Source of the DNA: an uncultured Gammaproteobacteria bacterium | Lineage (GTDB): Bacteria; Pseudomonadota; Gammaproteobacteria; UBA9214 | Reading direction: 5' to 3' | NCBI GenBank assembly: GCA_963763115.1 | Contig: CAVXNM010000027.1 | Span: 70,703 to 134,702, forward strand | Length of the DNA stretch: 64,000 nt | Shown: piece by piece, positions 57,233 to 64,000 of the stretch | Numbering within the stretch: position 1 is the first letter of the stretch | Layout: every line of letters starts with the position of its first letter | Position numbers and translations under genes: made by a program | Notes under the pieces: model-generated | What the model saw: only the letters and a program-made list of their open reading frames with translations | Told to the model about the DNA's origin: nothing | Databases searched by the model: none

Positions 57233-57482
57233 CAATGGGCTTGCATCGACGATATCCCTTAGTAAGTGCCATTCGCCTACGGACTATTAACGGCGTGTCC
57301 TGCGGCCGTGACCCGGAGGCCACCCGCCAATCCGGTCGACACCCGGTCCGGTGAGCGGTCCGGCAAAAGTCGCGCCCTTCTATCATGATGGGTGTTCCAA
57401 TCAATCCCCAAACCCTTGATAATAAAGCCCGAGAATTACCACCCCGTGACCGGTTAACCGGGATACAAGGACACTCGCTCTG

Positions 57483-60089
<2,607 letters not shown>

Positions 60090-60189
60090 ACACGCTTTTA
60101 TCCGCTCTCGTTCTGTTGTTTAATCCGCATTCTTTTGCACTTTATACCCTGCGGCGCACGGCCGCCGACAGGGTGGGTACACGTCGGTT

Positions 60190-61419
60190 ATGGCACTGAT
60201 TGTTCAAAAATACGGCGGCACCTCGGTCGGCAGTGCGGAACGCATCGGCAATGTGGCCGACAAGGTGATCGGCTGGCGCAACCGGGGTAACGACGTGGTG
60301 GTCGTGGTCTCCGCGATGAGCGGGGAGACGGACCGCCTGGTCAAGCTGGCGCGGGATATTACCGAGCAGCCATCGCCGCGGGAACTCGACGTGCTGCTGT
60401 CGACCGGCGAGCAGGTTACGATTGCGCTGCTCAGCATGGCGCTGGAGCGGCGTGGCTGCAGCGCGCGTTCCTACACCGGCACCCAGGTACATATTCGTAC
60501 CGACAGCGCTCATAACAAGGCGCGCATACGCGCTATCGAGGACAAGAATATCCGCGCGGATCTTGCTCAGGGCCAGGTCGTGGTCGTGGCGGGTTTCCAG
60601 GGCGTCGATGAAAGCGGCAATATCACCACGCTCGGCCGCGGCGGTTCCGATACCACGGCCGTGGCGCTGGCCGCGGCGCTCAAGGCGGATGAATGCCAGA
60701 TCTACACCGACGTGGATGGCGTCTATACCACCGACCCGCGCGTCGTGCCGCAAGCGCGCCGCCTGGACCGGATCACCTTCGAGGAAATGCTGGAGATGGC
60801 CAGCCTGGGTTCCAAGGTTCTGCAGATACGCTCGGTCAGTTTTGCCGGGCGTTACAATGTGCCGCTGCGTGTCCTGTCGAGCTTCGAGGAAGGCGAGGGG
60901 ACGCTCATAACCTATGAGGATGAAAAAATGGAACAGGCATTGATCTCAGGCATTGCCTTCAACCGTGACGAGGCCAAACTGACCATACTCGGGGTGCCGG
61001 ACAAGCCGGGTGTCGCCTACCAGATCCTCGGTCCGATCTCCGAGGCCAATATCGAAGTCGATATGATCGTGCAGAATATTGCACCGGATGGAGCAACCAC
61101 CGACTTCACCTTCACCGTGAACCGCAGCGAATTCGACAAGGCCCTGGCGATACTCGGGAAAACGGCCCGGGAACTGGGTGCACGCGAGGTTACGGGGGAC
61201 AACAAGATCGTGAAAATTTCCCTCGTCGGGGTCGGGATGCGCTCGCATGCCGGTATCGCCTCGACCATGTTCGCGGCCCTGGCCAGGGAAGGCGTGAATA
61301 TCCGCATGATCTCCACCTCGGAGATCAAGATTTCGGTGGTGGTAGACGAAAAATACCTGGAACTCGGCGTGCGCACCCTGCACGACGCGTTCAATCTGGA
61401 ACGCCCTGGAGATACCTGA
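60190..61419 (+). CDS. lysC: Aspartate kinase
   Basis: 'MALIVQKYGGTSVGS', 'VVVVSAMSGETDRL', two C-terminal ACT domains. Confidence 0.95.
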   Translation: MALIVQKYGGTSVGSAERIGNVADKVIGWRNRGNDVVVVVSAMSGETDRLVKLARDITEQPSPRELDVLLSTGEQVTIALLSMALERRGCSARSYTGTQVHIRTDSAHNKARIRAIEDKNIRADLAQGQVVVVAGFQGVDESGNITTLGRGGSDTTAVALAAALKADECQIYTDVDGVYTTDPRVVPQARRLDRITFEEMLEMASLGSKVLQIRSVSFAGRYNVPLRVLSSFEEGEGTLITYEDEKMEQALISGIAFNRDEAKLTILGVPDKPGVAYQILGPISEANIEVDMIVQNIAPDGATTDFTFTVNRSEFDKALAILGKTARELGAREVTGDNKIVKISLVGVGMRSHAGIASTMFAALAREGVNIRMISTSEIKISVVVDEKYLELGVRTLHDAFNLERPGDT

Positions 61420-61627
61420 GGGCGGGGGATATCCCCCAGCCTCAATAAGGGCTCTTGGGTTTATTCTTCAATTTGTATGCTATCCTCCTTATATCATTGA
61501 TAAAAATATAACAGGTGACTTCAGGATAAAGACTCGACGCCGAAACTAACACTAACATGACAGGGCGGATGGAAGAGTACGAGTCATGGACCAATCAGGG
61601 ACTACGATAAACAAGGAGATGGAAGCT

Positions 61628-61822
61628 ATGTTGATCTTAACGCGCAGGGTAGGAGAAACCCTGATGATCGGTGATGAAGTGACTGTCACCGTACTCGGTG
61701 TCAAGGGCAACCAGGTAAGAATCGGTGTCAATGCACCAAAACATGTTGCCGTTCACCGGGAAGAAATCTACGACCGGATAAAGCAGGAGCAGATCAAGCC
61801 TGACGGCACGAATTCCAGCTGA
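61628..61822 (+). CDS. csrA: Carbon storage regulator CsrA
   Basis: [56 protein letters not shown] 9 nt upstream (the track ORF starts at 61586). Confidence 0.96.
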   Translation: MLILTRRVGETLMIGDEVTVTVLGVKGNQVRIGVNAPKHVAVHREEIYDRIKQEQIKPDGTNSS

Positions 61823-61928
61823 GCCTTCCATTGATTACCGGATTACGCTTTACCTGAAATTAGCACGACGGTATGCTAGGCCACCTCTGCAGCAGCGAGC
61901 CTTGGTTTGCGGTTGCAGGTACATAGAT

Positions 61929-62019
61929 GGAGAGGTGGCCGAGCGGCTGAAGGCGCGCCCCTGCTAAGGGCGTATGGGTCAAAAGCCCATCGAGGGTTCG
62001 AATCCCTCCCTCTCCGCCA
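61929..62019 (+). tRNA. tRNA-Ser (anticodon GCT)
   Basis: GGAGAGGTGGCCGAGCGGCTGAAGGCGCGCCCCTGCTAAGGGCG...GAGGGTTCGAATCCCTCCCTCTCCGCCA. Class II cloverleaf with a long variable arm, anticodon loop CTGCTAA, CCA encoded. Confidence 0.93.
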
Positions 62020-62022
62020 TCC

Positions 62023-62056
62023 ATAGAAAAAGGGGCCTTGCGCCCCTTTTTCTATG
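62023..62056 (+). terminator. Terminator hairpin after tRNA-Ser
   Basis: 'atagaaaaaggggc cttg cgcccctttttctat'. Confidence 0.75.
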
Positions 62057-62057
62057 G

Positions 62058-62375
62058 ATTATTAGATGGTGGATTCGAGCCCTCGATTATTTACTGGCTG
62101 GTTCGACGAGCGGCGCAGCCGCGAAGAACGCTGCCGCGAGGCAGCGGCCCGGAGGGCGAGCCCCGGCAGGGGCGAGTAATCCCTCCCTCTCCGCCATCCA
62201 AACAAGAAGGGGGCTTGTGCCCCTTTTTCTATGGGTTGTAACCGGTGGTATCGAGTCCCCGATAATCGATTGGCGGGTTGGGCAAGCGGCGGAATCGCGC
62301 ATCAGCTGACGGGAAGCAGCGACGCTCAGTGTGTGGGTCACGGCAGATGCGAGAACCTCTCCCTCTCCGCCAATC
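62058..62375 (+). repeat. About 177 bp tandem units, each ending in a copy of the tRNA-Ser 3' end (decayed tRNA-Ser-like pseudogenes or att-type scars)
   Basis: 'aatccctccctctccgccatcca' at 62001-62023 (true tRNA) recurs exactly at 62178-62200 and degenerately ('aacctctccctctccgcca') at 62354-62372. Copy 2 keeps a terminator-like hairpin (62206-62230). The interiors retain D-arm-like 'gacgagcggcgcag' and 'ggcaagcggcggaatcgcgc' (compare 'ggccgagcggctgaaggcgcgc'). Confidence 0.8.
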
Positions 62376-62530
62376 TTTCGGTATAATGCCAACCCGTTTC
62401 GCACGTTCGCGTAGAGTGGCCCGGTCGAACCGGGACTGAATGTCCAGCGGGCATTCGCAACGCGATGGCCGGCCAGGATGGCCGGGCTGAAGGATGCACC
62501 AGGGATGGGTGTTGAAGTGCTGTCAATTAC

Positions 62531-62607
62531 GCGCCCGTAGCTCAGTTGGATAGAGTACCTGGCTACGAACCAGGCGGTCGGGAGTTCGAATCTCTCCGGG
62601 CGCGCCA
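62531..62607 (+). tRNA. tRNA-Arg (anticodon ACG)
   Basis: GCGCCCGTAGCTCAGTTGGATAGAGTACCTGGCTACGAACCAGGCGGTCGGGAGTTCGAATCTCTCCGGGCGCGCCA. Anticodon loop CTACGAA. Confidence 0.95.
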
Positions 62608-62616
62608 TAAATATCA

Positions 62617-62650
62617 AAGGGTTATCGTTTATTGATAGCCCTTTTTTATT
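62617..62650 (+). terminator. Terminator hairpin after tRNA-Arg
   Basis: 'gggttatc gtttatt gatagccc' followed by 'ttttttatt'. Confidence 0.7.
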
Positions 62651-62775
62651 GCTTGGGTAGCAGCATGGGTAGCAAAAGTGGAGAGTTTGATTGCATACCA
62701 TGTAAGAAGAACAGCCCACACCCAAGTCAGAGACCACAATATTGCCACCGGGCTCTGACAATCTGCAGCGTGCGA

Positions 62776-63003
62776 ATGAGAAATATCAAGGACGTACTGA
62801 TTGACGAGTGCGGTTTGGATTTGACAGGGTGGTTGCTCACGGACGGACTTGCAGTTTCAGATGAACCGCCCCGGGTTTATCAGTCTCCTCAAACGGGGGT
62901 TGAGACAGAGCTTTCCCTGACCACCCTGTTTCTCATCTCGGAAACACTTCAAATCAGACCGTCAAAACTCATAGCGTCCGTGGAGAGCGAACTCGCCGAC
63001 TGA
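62776..63003 (+). CDS. Small hypothetical protein, possibly a fragment of an XRE-type HTH regulator (low-GC island)
   Basis: Only the C-terminal 'ELSLTTLFLISETLQIRPSKLIASVE' resembles the last helices of XRE-family HTH domains. The upstream part of the track ORF overlaps the tRNA terminator. Confidence 0.3.
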   Translation: MRNIKDVLIDECGLDLTGWLLTDGLAVSDEPPRVYQSPQTGVETELSLTTLFLISETLQIRPSKLIASVESELAD

Positions 63004-63208
63004 TGCGTTCCGAATAGACTGGCGTCAGCAAAGTCCAGAGGGGCAGGGCAGGCAGATTTCGTTCCGTTTGGTAAAACCCGGATCATCCTGCCGGTCTGTT
63101 GGTGGGGATCACCTAGACATGCTAATATCCCAATAACTGTATATCTGTACAGTACTCGGAAAAAGTTGCAAAATAACGCCATCAGACACGGGGGAGGCTG
63201 ACGATTTC

Positions 63209-63588
63209 ATGCTCAAGAATACGAACAGGAAACTCACGTCAAAACAGCAACTTGTCATCAATCAACTGCTGATCGACCCGAGTCTCAAACGATGCGCTCA
63301 AGTCACGGATCTGAGTTATAACTACGTGCGTGCAACTGAGTCACAAAAACTCACATTATCGAGGCCCTCGAAGAGGCCCGGCAGCGCGTGGCCGAAAAAT
63401 CAGAGGTCGATGCGGCGTGGGTGTTAAAGACAGATGGTTGAGGTCTTTGAACGCTGTATGCAGCATAAGCCGGTGCTGGACAAGGATGGGAATCCGATAG
63501 GTGAATATCGGTTCGATGCAGTCGGTGCCAACCGGGCACTTGATCTGATCGGCAAACACAAGTCGTTAGCTAGCGTAGAGAAATCGTA
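63209..63588 (+). pseudogene. Phage terminase small subunit gene, broken by at least two frameshifts
   Basis: Frame 1: MLKNTNRKLTSKQQLVINQLLIDPSLKRCAQVTDLSYNYVRATESQKLT. Frame 2 (from about 63352): HIIEALEEARQRVAEKSEVDAAWVLK. Frame 3 (from about 63433): QMVEVFERCMQHKPVLDKDGNPIGEYRFDAVGANRALDLIGKHK. Together these follow the usual terminase small subunit layout (HTH, then the 'DADWVLRRL'-type segment). Confidence 0.6.
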
Positions 63589-63622
63589 GGGCGATCTGTA
63601 CCTGTCCTTGGCGAATTCCTAT

Positions 63623-64000
63623 TCATGCAGCGATTGGCGTATGAAAGAGTCCATTGCAATGTGATAGCCATGAATGGTTGCAGAGATTTGCGCGCGGAGG
63701 TAGAGGATTGCCGCTAAGCACCGCTGGTGTATCTCCACCTAACGATTGATGGACCCGTTCTCGGTTGTAGTATTGCCTGAAGTCTGCGAGTTTTCGCTCA
63801 AGGTCCTTAGCATTCCAAAAGAGGGTGTGATCAAGATATTCACGGCGAATAGTTCCGATAAGTCGCTCAATGAAGGGGTGCGATATAGGCATATACGGAA
63901 CGGCCTTGATCTCATCTACACTAAGAACTCTCAGGTTCGCTTGCCATTGGTGATATAGGAATAGTGGGTCGTTGTCAGAGCTGAGATATTTCGGCGCACA
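63623..64000 (-). mobile_element. DDE transposase/integrase (rve catalytic core), C-terminal part; the ORF stays open to the right window edge
   Basis: Minus-strand translation reads ...YLSSDNDPLFLYHQWQANLRVLSVDEIKAVPYMPISHPFIERLIGTIRREYLDHTLFWNAKDLERKLADFRQYYNRERVHQSLGGDTP, an rve-type D..E region with the conserved C-terminal 'YNxxRxHxxL'. The track ORF 63623..63892 starts at an internal Met. Confidence 0.75.

Noticed and set aside
60090-60189. Lysine riboswitch upstream of lysC
   Set aside because: The leader is only about 100 nt, too short for an L-box (about 180 nt), and I see none of the conserved helices.
61974-62309. 111 aa plus-strand ORF (and 62087..62761 on the minus strand)
   Set aside because: They overlap tRNA-Ser, its terminator and the tandem tRNA-end repeats. 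Their internally repeated 'SNPSLSAI..RGL.PLFLW' sequence is just the translated repeat unit.

Overview
A 64 kb, roughly 60% GC chromosomal segment with gammaproteobacterial gene order. I had no database access, so every call rests on reading the translations and the DNA directly. Most of the window is conserved housekeeping, in this order: the ccmFEDCBA cytochrome c maturation operon (left edge); rnr-rlmB; rpsF-rpsR-DUF2232-rplI-dnaB-alr-radA; ffh / rpsP-rimM-trmD-rplS; htpG; adk; xerD-dsbC; fdxA; mutS / pncC-thpR-recA-recX-alaS-lysC-csrA. There are three tRNAs: Leu-CAG, Ser-GCT and Arg-ACG. The most unusual content is at about 5.3-15.2 kb, next to ccm. It holds a receiver-less sigma-54 enhancer-binding protein with a Cys-rich PAS sensor, then a 943 bp leader, then a 1337 aa secreted protein. 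That protein has adhesin-like Ig/cadherin domains at the N-terminus and nine CxxCH heme c sites in the C-terminal half. A secreted parvulin-type PPIase follows, then a TlpA-like thiol-disulfide oxidoreductase, a scar region and a rhodanese. Other non-core items are: a MoxR-type AAA+ ATPase paired with a HExxH-metallopeptidase/VWA protein, split by a nested MITE; an FHA-FHA-PilZ protein; a GGDEF cyclase with an in-frame 36 bp acidic tandem repeat; an ACP-PlsC fusion; and an NfeD/SPFH pair. Intergenic DNA carries at least five families of short palindromic or MITE-like repeats, including copies inside the ccm operon and on both sides of mutS. Three genes have disrupted reading frames: the SPFH gene, recX and a phage terminase small subunit. 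tRNA-Ser is followed by about 177 bp tandem units that each end in a copy of the tRNA 3' end. tRNA-Arg is followed by a low-GC, decayed phage/IS remnant that runs to the right edge. No CRISPR array or rRNA was seen.
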